Shown piece after piece: positions 8,081 to 15,397 of a stretch of DNA of 64,000 nucleotides. The stretch is from an uncultured Gammaproteobacteria bacterium (GTDB lineage Bacteria > Patescibacteriota > Microgenomatia > UBA10105 > UBA927): the NCBI GenBank assembly GCA_964515005.1, contig CAZEVT010000004.1, positions 4,302 to 68,301 on the forward strand, read 5' to 3'. Positions within the stretch are counted from its first letter, which is position 1. Each line of letters starts with the position of its first letter. The position numbers and the translations under genes are program-made. Under the pieces are notes generated by a model, which was not told the origin of the DNA, did no database searches, and saw only the letters and a program-made list of their open reading frames with translations.

Positions 8081-8477
8081 TCCCGATTTAATAAAAAAAA
8101 TAAGTCAAAAACTTAACAAAGCCCCGACCTATATTCGAGAGCAGATAAGCCGACGTGCATTACGACATAATATTTTATCAGAGGCAGAATTAGCCAATTG
8201 GGCAAGATCTTTAGGAATTTCTGCGGATTCATATATCCGCACATTATCGCCAAGTGTTCAAAGTCAAATTTTATCAACTCCCTCACCTGTTAAAAATTAT
8301 TTTTCTAAACCCTCAGTACTAAGGATTGTTCAACTTGGTAAAAAAGAAAATGAATGGTATAACCTTTGGTGGGTGCAGCTACTAATAGCCTTTTTTGTAG
8401 TAGGGATATTAGCAAGTACAATTTCTCAAATTTTAGGGGTATATTTTACAAATTCACTCGGTTTAACTAAACCATAA
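8067..8477 (+). CDS. membrane-anchored relative of the HTH array (N-terminal HTH-like segment plus C-terminal TM helix)
   Basis: SEAELANWARSLGISADSYIRTL followed by the hydrophobic WWVQLLIAFFVVGILASTISQILGVYF; overlaps paralog 4. Confidence 0.5.
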   Translation: MSRYNPDLIKKISQKLNKAPTYIREQISRRALRHNILSEAELANWARSLGISADSYIRTLSPSVQSQILSTPSPVKNYFSKPSVLRIVQLGKKENEWYNLWWVQLLIAFFVVGILASTISQILGVYFTNSLGLTKP

Positions 8478-8581
8478 GTCGCAGACATGCCTTGAAGCCT
8501 AAATTATTTCCCCACGGCGTGGATTGCCGGAGAAATGATTACACACCGGGTGTGAAATAGCTAGACACCTAATAAAAATTT

Positions 8582-8609
8582 ATGTATAAACTTTCTCCAT
8601 CAGATTTTG
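8582..8609 (+). repeat. 28-bp direct repeat, copy A (5' end of the nuclease gene)
   Basis: atgtataaactttctccatcagattttg matches 10253..10280 at 27 of 28 positions. Confidence 0.8.
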
Positions 8610-9229
8610 CTTATTTATACGAGGAGTGTAAGCATTGCTATTACCTGAAAATCCGTAAGGGCATTGGGCGGCCGAGCATGCCGTTCCCCGGAGTATTTGG
8701 CGCGATCAATACCAGATTGCAGGGGAATATGGTGGGGAAGGACTTGCGGGAGCTTTCGGATAAACTCCCCGAGGGGACCGTGGAGAGTCAGGAGGGGTAT
8801 GTGCAATCCGCCGTTATTGCCGGAACCACGGTATTTGTCAAAGGCAAGTATGATCTTCTGGTCAGACTCCCGGATGGCACGTACATGATAGTTGATCTCA
8901 AACTCAGTACTCCGAAAGATGAGAAGGTTGCCAAATATCAATCGCAACTATGGTCGTATGTATATGCCTTTGAACATCCTGCCGCGGGAGCACCAAAGAA
9001 GATAACGCGGGCGGGACTCCTGATTTTCTATCCCGATGCCGTTTCATTTGCCGGCGGCGTCGCTTCCCTTACGTTTCCGCCCACGTGGCTGGCGGTACCG
9101 GTGGACCGCGATGCATTTGCGAAGTTTATCGTAGGAGTGAACGATCTTTTGGAAGGCCCAACGCCGCCGGAGAATACGGATTGTAATTGGTGTAAATATA
9201 GACAAGCTGTTAAAGTGCTTGAAAACTGA
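8582..9229 (+). CDS. PD-(D/E)xK nuclease of the RecB/Cas4-like family with N- and C-terminal Cys pairs
   Basis: motifs KYDLLV, IVDLKLS (DxK) and QSQLWSYVYAF (QxxxY); CKHCYY near the N-terminus and CNWCKY near the C-terminus. Confidence 0.65.
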   Translation: MYKLSPSDFAYLYEECKHCYYLKIRKGIGRPSMPFPGVFGAINTRLQGNMVGKDLRELSDKLPEGTVESQEGYVQSAVIAGTTVFVKGKYDLLVRLPDGTYMIVDLKLSTPKDEKVAKYQSQLWSYVYAFEHPAAGAPKKITRAGLLIFYPDAVSFAGGVASLTFPPTWLAVPVDRDAFAKFIVGVNDLLEGPTPPENTDCNWCKYRQAVKVLEN

Positions 9230-9281
9230 GTCATGATAAATAGGAAATCAACCCGACGGGTTACATTGATTTGCTAACTCT

Positions 9282-9398
9282 ATGATCCTCAATAAAACCA
9301 TCCTGATTCTGGAAGATGACCTCCTTACGCTTTCAAAGATATTGGATCGGTTAGCAACGATTGAGCAGGATCAGCCGTATGATTATTCGGAAAAATAG
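9282..9398 (+). pseudogene. 38-aa remnant resembling a response-regulator receiver N-terminus
   Basis: MILNKTILILEDDLLTLSKILDRL... then a stop; looks like the first beta-alpha unit of a REC domain only. Confidence 0.4.
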
Positions 9399-9410
9399 TA
9401 TAATTGACCC

Positions 9411-10247
9411 ATGACCACCCGTGACATCGAAACGACGAAAATTGCCCTGTTCAAAGGGAAAAAGATAAGAAAAATTATTTATAACAACGACTGGTGGTTT
9501 TCGATTATTGACGTCATTGCAGCGCTTACGGGAAATGCTCGTCCGAGAAAATATTGGAGCGATCTAAAGAAGAAGCTTATTAAAGAAGGCTATTTTGAAG
9601 TGTCCGAAAAAATCGGACAGTTGAAATTGGAAGCTCCTGACGGGAAAAAGCGCGAAACTGACTGTGCAAACACAGAAACACTTTTCCGCATTGTCCAATC
9701 CATTCCCTCTCCGAAAGCAGAACCGTTTAAGCGCTGGCTGGCAAGAGTGGGGTATGAGCGAATCCAAGAAATAGAAGATCCGGAGCTTGCTACCAAGAGA
9801 ACGCGGATACTTTATAAACTGAAAGGATATCCAAATGATTGGATTGAAAAACGCATGCGCGGGATAGCGATTCGCGAAGAATTGACCGATGAATGGCAAA
9901 AACGAGGAGCAAGACATCAAAAAGAATATGAAATTCTTACCGCTGAGATTTCCAAAGCGACGTTCGGCGTTACTCCGAGTGGTTATAAAAAGCTGAAAGG
10001 TTTGAAGCGGGAGAATCTGCGCGATCATATGGATGATTTTGAGCTAATTTTTACCATGCTTGGTGAGCGATCAACGACGGAAATTCACCGTACAGAAGAT
10101 TCGAGGGGTGTGCCAAAACTAAAAGCAGATGCTAGAGCCGGTGGTGATATAGCCGGCGGAGCAAGAAAAAAGTTGGAAAAACGCTTAGCTCGTTCGATTG
10201 TTTCAAAAAATAATTATTTACCAAAGAGAAGAAAATCGTTAAAGTAA
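9411..10247 (+). CDS. Bro-N domain protein (phage antirepressor-like)
   Basis: IRKIIYNNDWWFSIIDVIAALTGNARPRKYWSDL and SPKAEPFKRWLARVGYERIQ match Bro-N signatures; TATAAT at 9399-9404. Confidence 0.75.
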   Translation: MTTRDIETTKIALFKGKKIRKIIYNNDWWFSIIDVIAALTGNARPRKYWSDLKKKLIKEGYFEVSEKIGQLKLEAPDGKKRETDCANTETLFRIVQSIPSPKAEPFKRWLARVGYERIQEIEDPELATKRTRILYKLKGYPNDWIEKRMRGIAIREELTDEWQKRGARHQKEYEILTAEISKATFGVTPSGYKKLKGLKRENLRDHMDDFELIFTMLGERSTTEIHRTEDSRGVPKLKADARAGGDIAGGARKKLEKRLARSIVSKNNYLPKRRKSLK

Positions 10248-10252
10248 TCTCT

Positions 10253-10280
10253 ATGTACAAACTTTCTCCATCAGATTTTG
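10253..10280 (+). repeat. 28-bp direct repeat, copy B
   Basis: atgtacaaactttctccatcagattttg; opens a 54-codon orphan ORF (MYKLSPSDFVSSGSG...) that lies antisense to the 10271..10816 gene. Confidence 0.8.
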
Positions 10281-10816
10281 TCAGTTCCGGGAGTGGGTTC
10301 CGGGGGGAGATTTTCTTCTCCGCTTGGGGCGGCTGCGCCGTAGTCACCGGGCTTGAGCCATTCGACATACGTGCAGCCGGTGGCCTGCCGCTTGGCCGCA
10401 TCCCAACCGCTGGTTGAACATTTTTTCATCTTCTTGCCCGTGGCCGTCGTGTACAGGACGAGCTTCTTGCCGCATTCCGGGCAATCTTCGTTGAGCTCTT
10501 CGGTCGTGCCGTTTATCCATTCGATATAGTCACACCCTTCGGCCTTCTTGGTGTCTTTGTTCCAGACGTTGGTCGAACATTTCTTCATCTTCTTTCCAAA
10601 CCGGGTGACTGCAAAAACAAGAGGCGAGCCGCATGTGGGACATTTCTCGTTCAAGGTTTTGGGCTCGGGCATGATCCATTTCACATAATCACAGCCTTCG
10701 TTTTTCTTCGTGTCTTTGTTCCAGGAGCCGGTAGAACAGCGCTGAAGCTGACGGCCGGATTTGGTTTCGACAACTTCTCCCAGAGGGGAACCACATTTGG
10801 GACACATATCTGCCAT
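10271..10816 (-). CDS. triple topoisomerase-type C4 zinc-ribbon protein
   Basis: three tandem repeats of CPxCGSPL...GKKMKKCST..WNKDTKK.EGCDY.EW resembling zf-C4_Topoisom. Confidence 0.7.
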   Translation of the reverse strand: MADMCPKCGSPLGEVVETKSGRQLQRCSTGSWNKDTKKNEGCDYVKWIMPEPKTLNEKCPTCGSPLVFAVTRFGKKMKKCSTNVWNKDTKKAEGCDYIEWINGTTEELNEDCPECGKKLVLYTTATGKKMKKCSTSGWDAAKRQATGCTYVEWLKPGDYGAAAPSGEENLPPEPTPGTDKI

Positions 10817-10876
10817 AGGATAAATGTACCAGACTTGGAGGAAGTTTCATACACCTGATATACTCCTCCTTATTGT

Positions 10877-11416
10877 ATGCGTATGGTGTGGAAGAATTTT
10901 TTCTTTGGAATGCTTCTTGGGGGACTGATGCTCTCCGGGGGAGTCGCGGTGTGGGGTAGGCAGGAAGCAAAAGTACTCAGCGTGACCGTTGCTCTTCCGA
11001 CAAGTACCCCTACTTTTAATCCCACGCCGACGCCACTACCCACGCCTACACCCACGCCAACAAAAAAACCTACACCCAAGCCCACTCCCACGGCAACTCC
11101 CATTCCAGTTCCCACCGCTACCTCCCAAGAGATAAACGGGTTTATAGACCGATTTTCTTCCCAGTACGGCGTGGACCCGAATGTGCTACGGCACACGGCC
11201 ATCTGTGAGTCCGGATTTAACCCGGGGGCCACAAACGGCTCCTATGTGGGCCTCTTCCAGTTTGGCCCCATCACGTGGCAAAAATACAGGAGTCTCATGG
11301 GAGAGGACGCAAGTATCGTACTCCGGGTAAATGCAGAAGAAGCGGTCCAGACGGCGGCCTACGTGTATTCAACTGGCGCATCCCGCATCTGGCCCAATTG
11401 CGTACCGGGGAGTTAG
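10877..11416 (+). CDS. membrane-anchored transglycosylase-like (Rpf/SLT-like lysozyme fold) protein with a Pro/Thr-rich linker
   Basis: N-terminal TM helix; PTPTP linker; AICESGFNPGATNGSYVGLFQFGPITW resembles the transglycosylase-like domain catalytic region. Confidence 0.65.
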   Translation: MRMVWKNFFFGMLLGGLMLSGGVAVWGRQEAKVLSVTVALPTSTPTFNPTPTPLPTPTPTPTKKPTPKPTPTATPIPVPTATSQEINGFIDRFSSQYGVDPNVLRHTAICESGFNPGATNGSYVGLFQFGPITWQKYRSLMGEDASIVLRVNAEEAVQTAAYVYSTGASRIWPNCVPGS

Positions 11417-11417
11417 G

Positions 11418-12164
11418 TTACGAAGAAATGTATGCGTGGTAGATGTTTTGGGCGCCTTTTCCCTTGAGTGCTTTATCGGTGTTTGCAAGAACCCCGTCGT
11501 AATCGGATATGATGACGACATTATCATCTAAGCGTGACAATTCTTTTTTAAGAAACGCATAGGCGTCCCGTGGGGTGGCGCCTTGTACGCCATCTTTTAC
11601 ATAGAAATCGTGCAGCTCGATGTTGAGGGCGGCCACCGAGGAGACAAGGGACCGGATATCATGGATATGATCCTCTTTATCGTCAAGGACATACGCGTGG
11701 AGCGCCGTATCACGGGGTTTTTGTGCGCGGAGTTCCTGTAAAATAGTGAGTAGCCCTTCCCGTTTGTTTTCCGTCATGCACCGGAAGTTTTCGCGGGGAA
11801 CCCCGAGATCAAAAATCCCGGTTCTTTCTGCCTTATTTGTTTGCCAGCCCACGTCTCCCACCGTCCAGACGATAAGCTCGTTTCCGTGAGTGCGGGCGAG
11901 TGTTGTGAGTTTGGCGACAAAAGGCTCCTCTCCTGCGCGCATGAGACAATCCGGAGTACATGCGGTTTCCAGAGCTTCGCGGACTGTTTCGAAAAGATCC
12001 GGTCTGTCCCATGACAGCTCGCTGCGCAGACTCTCGGTCATGTTGCCTACACTTGCCGGCCAGTTAAACCCACCGGCTGGCGTGAGACCGTACCACGCTT
12101 TGGCGGCGATCGTCTCTTGAATGATCCGAAGGGCGTGTGGTTTGGGAGCAACTTCTATGACCAT
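11418..12164 (-). CDS. hypothetical protein (248 aa)
   Basis: intact ORF. The C-terminal ISDYDGVLANTD looks like a HAD motif I but sits at the wrong end of the protein, so it is left unassigned. Confidence 0.5.
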   Translation of the reverse strand: MVIEVAPKPHALRIIQETIAAKAWYGLTPAGGFNWPASVGNMTESLRSELSWDRPDLFETVREALETACTPDCLMRAGEEPFVAKLTTLARTHGNELIVWTVGDVGWQTNKAERTGIFDLGVPRENFRCMTENKREGLLTILQELRAQKPRDTALHAYVLDDKEDHIHDIRSLVSSVAALNIELHDFYVKDGVQGATPRDAYAFLKKELSRLDDNVVIISDYDGVLANTDKALKGKGAQNIYHAYISS

Positions 12165-12214
12165 TCGTATAGTATACAGGATTCTTCGCGGGCAAACAAT
12201 ATTATAGGCTCAGA

Positions 12215-12580
12215 TTATTTCCCGGCTGCGCGGATTTGGGCGTCGGTCATGCCGAAGTGGTGGCCGATCTCGTGAAGGACGGTATTCCTCACCTGCGCCT
12301 TCACGTCTTCCGGATTTTCTCCGTACACGGCGACAATGGGTCCCGCAAAAATGATGATTTTGTCCGGAAGCACCGAGTGGTACGTACCGCGTTTGGTCTT
12401 GGGTATGCCGCGGTAAAGTCCGAAGAGTGTTCCGTGGCCGCGGACACCTCCGTCAACCAGATCCTGCCCCGTGGGCCAGATTTCTACCACGAGCTCCACA
12501 TTGTCCATCGCCCGGGCAAATTGCTCGGGTAAATTATCGAGCGCTGCTGCCACCAATTCTTCGAATTCCTTTATTGTCAT
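12215..12580 (-). CDS. MTDAQ-type zinc metallopeptidase family protein (minimal HExxH protease fold)
   Basis: C-terminal VLHEIGHHFGMTDAQIR. The ORF extends to 12745, but family length and the MTIKEFEEL sequence favour the internal ATG at 12580. Confidence 0.65.
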   Translation of the reverse strand: MTIKEFEELVAAALDNLPEQFARAMDNVELVVEIWPTGQDLVDGGVRGHGTLFGLYRGIPKTKRGTYHSVLPDKIIIFAGPIVAVYGENPEDVKAQVRNTVLHEIGHHFGMTDAQIRAAGK

Positions 12581-12616
12581 GCCATTATTGTACCGCACGG
12601 ATGATATAATAAGTGC

Positions 12617-12955
12617 GTGATAGTCACAAGCGACCAACCATTTACGAAAGATCAAATACAAAAGCTCCGCGAGCAATTTGACGTGTATATCAAAACGGTT
12701 GTCGATATCTCTACGGGAGTATGCTCTGCCGGTTCGGATCGGCATTTTGAAATGGAGAAATTACTTCTGGATCAGGGATCCGTGCAGTCGAACCTCTGGG
12801 GAGGCGGGATTGATCTGGATACAAGAACTATTGATTGTAATTCATTCATCAATATCCGCCCGGCAGATGACAACAAGAGCAATGAAATTCAGAATCCGGA
12901 GATCCGGAAAAAATTCGAGATCCTTATGGCGTCGTTTTTTCGGGAGATTCTATGA
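12617..12955 (+). CDS. hypothetical protein (112 aa)
   Basis: intact ORF; no motif recognised. Confidence 0.5.
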   Translation: MIVTSDQPFTKDQIQKLREQFDVYIKTVVDISTGVCSAGSDRHFEMEKLLLDQGSVQSNLWGGGIDLDTRTIDCNSFINIRPADDNKSNEIQNPEIRKKFEILMASFFREIL

Positions 12956-13227
12956 TACAGGCGAACGTACCGTTAGCGGCCCTTTCCATGGATCTTAAGC
13001 GCGTGGCGTTGGCATCGCATAGTCATTCTCAAAAAGTGGCGGATCGGTTTATCCAGGAATCACTTGCGAAGAAAAACAAACTTGATCCGGCCACCCAGAG
13101 GCCGCACGTGAGGCGTCTATTAACAACACTTGATGCTATGCTTTCGCAGAAAGATACTGCGAAACTTGCGGAGGATGCGCTTCTTTACAGCACGCTTTTG
13201 CAAAATGCTGCAATGAGTAGCGGTTAG
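12952..13227 (+). CDS. hypothetical protein (91 aa)
   Basis: 4-nt overlap with the upstream ORF. Confidence 0.45.
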   Translation: MIQANVPLAALSMDLKRVALASHSHSQKVADRFIQESLAKKNKLDPATQRPHVRRLLTTLDAMLSQKDTAKLAEDALLYSTLLQNAAMSSG

Positions 13228-13241
13228 GATACAAAAGAACT

Positions 13242-13574
13242 ATGGAATCCACGTGTCCGCAGTGTCATACACCAGTGAAACAGACGGACTTCTTCTGCTA
13301 CAACTGCGGGAAGAATCTCAAGGAAAAGCCGCTTTCGACCGCGCTTGCCACGCAACTTATGTACTACGCCGGAAGCGTCCTTTTGCCGCCATTTGGGATC
13401 ATTTGGGGGCTGCGGTACCTTAAACAGCCGGACCCTGTGGCCAGGCGGATAGGAATAATCAATATCGCCCTCACCGTCGTTTCCCTGATTGTCACGACCA
13501 TTTGGGCGGTGAACCTCATTAATGGTATTAATGCTCAGGTGAACCAGCAGCTCAATGGTTTGCAGGGGTTCTGA
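13242..13574 (+). CDS. zinc-ribbon plus transmembrane protein
   Basis: CPQCHTPV...CYNCGKNL zinc ribbon followed by two hydrophobic helices. Confidence 0.6.
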   Translation: MESTCPQCHTPVKQTDFFCYNCGKNLKEKPLSTALATQLMYYAGSVLLPPFGIIWGLRYLKQPDPVARRIGIINIALTVVSLIVTTIWAVNLINGINAQVNQQLNGLQGF

Positions 13575-13579
13575 TTTTT

Positions 13580-15277
13580 ATGAAAAGATTTTTTGGGGTG
13601 GCGATACTTGCGGTTTTTGTATTCTTTTTTGCGGTTTTCGCGGGTCAGGCGGCAGCAAAAAGCGGAGAAGAGTCAATTCAGTCTTACGATGTTGAAGCAA
13701 CCATTGGGGAAGACGCAACCGTTTCCTTCACCGAGACCATTGTCTATAATTTTGACGGACTTGAGCGCCACGGCATCATCCGGACGATTCCGGTGACCAA
13801 AACCAACGCACAGGACAAGAAATTTGCGCTCGATATCACTATTGTTTCGGTAACTGATCCCGGCGGAAAGACATACCGGTACACAACCACCCGTGAAGGA
13901 GATGCGCTTCAAGTGAAAATCGGGGACCCGGATAAAACGATAACAGGTCAACATATCTACGTCATCCGGTATACCGCCGCTGGCGCCTTGACCTACTTCC
14001 CCGAGCATGATGAGCTCTACTGGAATGCGATAGGCACCGAGTGGGACGTGCCGGTTGCCAAAGGCACAACCCGCGTCACCATCCCGCAAGCGTTTGCGGA
14101 CCCGGATGTCCACGTTGCCTGTTTCACCGGGCCCACGGGGGCAACGGAGAGCGATTGTCCTACCGGGTACAAAGACGGGGTCGCCACCGTGACTCCCGCG
14201 CGGGAGCTTTCGGCAAATGAGGGGCTGACGGTCGTCGTCGGGTTCCCCAAAGGCGCGGTTGCGGTCGTCGAGCCCAAGGAAGTTGTTCCCTTTTTCAGTA
14301 CGTTTTTCGGCAGGATTGTGGCAGGGATACTTTTTGTTCTAGGATTTATTTGGTATACGCTCGTCCCGCTGTGGATCATCTGGTACTGGTGGAAAAACGG
14401 CCGCGACCCGAAGCCCGCCATGGGGGTGACGAGCGCCTGGTTCAGCCCGCCCAAAAACAGTAAGCATAGGCCGCTTACCCCCATCGAAACCGGTGCGCTT
14501 ATTGATGAGACGGTCGATATGCGGGACATATTTGCAACCATCGTCGATCTTGCCCGCCGCGGATATATGAAAATTACGGAGAAGGAAAAAAATACATTCA
14601 CGCTCACCAAAACCAAAGAATGGAAGGAAGATGCGGAACTGCTTTCTTTTGAAAAGGAACTACTCAAAGGAATTTTTGAATCAAAGGACATGGTAAAGCT
14701 TGGCGACGTCAATCTCGTCTCGACGGTCTCAAAGGTATCCGGTCAGGTATACGAGTCCCTCGTTGCGGACGGATTTTTCCCCAAAAATCCACAGAGCGTC
14801 CGAACGGTCTACTATGTGATTGCCGGGATTGCGTTTTTCACGTTTAACCTCTTTCTTGCCCTCATTGCAGTACTCGTTGGCCGCCATATTCCCAGGAAAA
14901 CCCCAATGGGCGCACAAGAAGCTGCGGTTGCGAAGTCTCTGAAGAATTTTCTTGTAAGCCAGGACCGGCACCTGAAGTTTCAGGCGCAAAATCAGATGTT
15001 TTTTGAGAAGCTTTTGCCGTATGCGGTTGCCTTCGGCGTGGAAAAGATTTGGGCCGAACGTTTTGCAAAGATCAAAATGACGCCGCCGGACTGGTATGAG
15101 CCTTACCATTCCGGCACGTTTAACAGTGCGGTGTTTGCCCGGTCACTGGGTGCGGGCTACAGCCACGGATTTGCTTCTTCTGCCTCATACAAGTCCTCAA
15201 GCGGATTTTCATCAGGGTTCTCCGGAGGCGGATCCTCAGGCGGTGGTGGAGGAGGCGGTGGTGGAGGGAGTTGGTAG
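13580..15277 (+). CDS. DUF2207-like membrane protein with a Gly-rich C-terminal tail
   Basis: signal peptide, beta-rich ectodomain, TM helices near residues 250 and 400, and a C-terminal SSGFSGGGSSGGGGGGGGGGSW tail characteristic of DUF2207. Confidence 0.7.
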   Translation: MKRFFGVAILAVFVFFFAVFAGQAAAKSGEESIQSYDVEATIGEDATVSFTETIVYNFDGLERHGIIRTIPVTKTNAQDKKFALDITIVSVTDPGGKTYRYTTTREGDALQVKIGDPDKTITGQHIYVIRYTAAGALTYFPEHDELYWNAIGTEWDVPVAKGTTRVTIPQAFADPDVHVACFTGPTGATESDCPTGYKDGVATVTPARELSANEGLTVVVGFPKGAVAVVEPKEVVPFFSTFFGRIVAGILFVLGFIWYTLVPLWIIWYWWKNGRDPKPAMGVTSAWFSPPKNSKHRPLTPIETGALIDETVDMRDIFATIVDLARRGYMKITEKEKNTFTLTKTKEWKEDAELLSFEKELLKGIFESKDMVKLGDVNLVSTVSKVSGQVYESLVADGFFPKNPQSVRTVYYVIAGIAFFTFNLFLALIAVLVGRHIPRKTPMGAQEAAVAKSLKNFLVSQDRHLKFQAQNQMFFEKLLPYAVAFGVEKIWAERFAKIKMTPPDWYEPYHSGTFNSAVFARSLGAGYSHGFASSASYKSSSGFSSGFSGGGSSGGGGGGGGGGSW

Positions 15278-15297
15278 TATCTTGCAACTTTTAAGCT

Positions 15298-15330
15298 AAA
15301 TTCACGCCAAATTGACAAAAATACGTGAAT
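15298..15330 (+). promoter_or_regulatory. 33-bp operator-like direct repeat, copy 1 (palindrome AAATTCACG-N15-CGTGAATTT)
   Basis: identical to 15349..15381; contains TTGACA. Confidence 0.6.
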
Positions 15331-15348
15331 TTGACCTATTTTTGATTC

Positions 15349-15381
15349 AAATTCACGCCAAATTGACAAAAATACGTGAAT
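15349..15381 (+). promoter_or_regulatory. 33-bp operator-like direct repeat, copy 2, overlapping a sigma70-like promoter for the Fic gene
   Basis: TTGACA at 15363-15368, then 17 nt, then TATACT; ATG at 15398. Confidence 0.6.
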
Positions 15382-15397
15382 ATGCTATACTTTTCCC

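Noticed and set aside
10870-11232. 120-aa minus-strand ORF with GVGV repeats
   Set aside because: Antisense shadow of the Pro/Thr-rich linker of the transglycosylase-like gene.
11418-12164. HAD-superfamily hydrolase call based on DYDGVL
   Set aside because: The motif sits at the extreme C-terminus rather than the N-terminus; other HAD motifs were not identifiable, so the gene was left hypothetical.
12581-12745. Long N-terminal extension of the metallopeptidase ORF (176 aa)
   Set aside because: The MTDAQ-type family is about 120 aa and the extension has no coding character (RTGRAYSRRDIDNRFDIHVK); the internal ATG was preferred.
15157-15369. Minus-strand ORF encoding a PPPPPPPPPPP run
   Set aside because: It lies antisense to the Gly-rich C-terminal tail of the DUF2207 gene; the poly-Pro is the mirror image of the GGN repeats and is not a gene.
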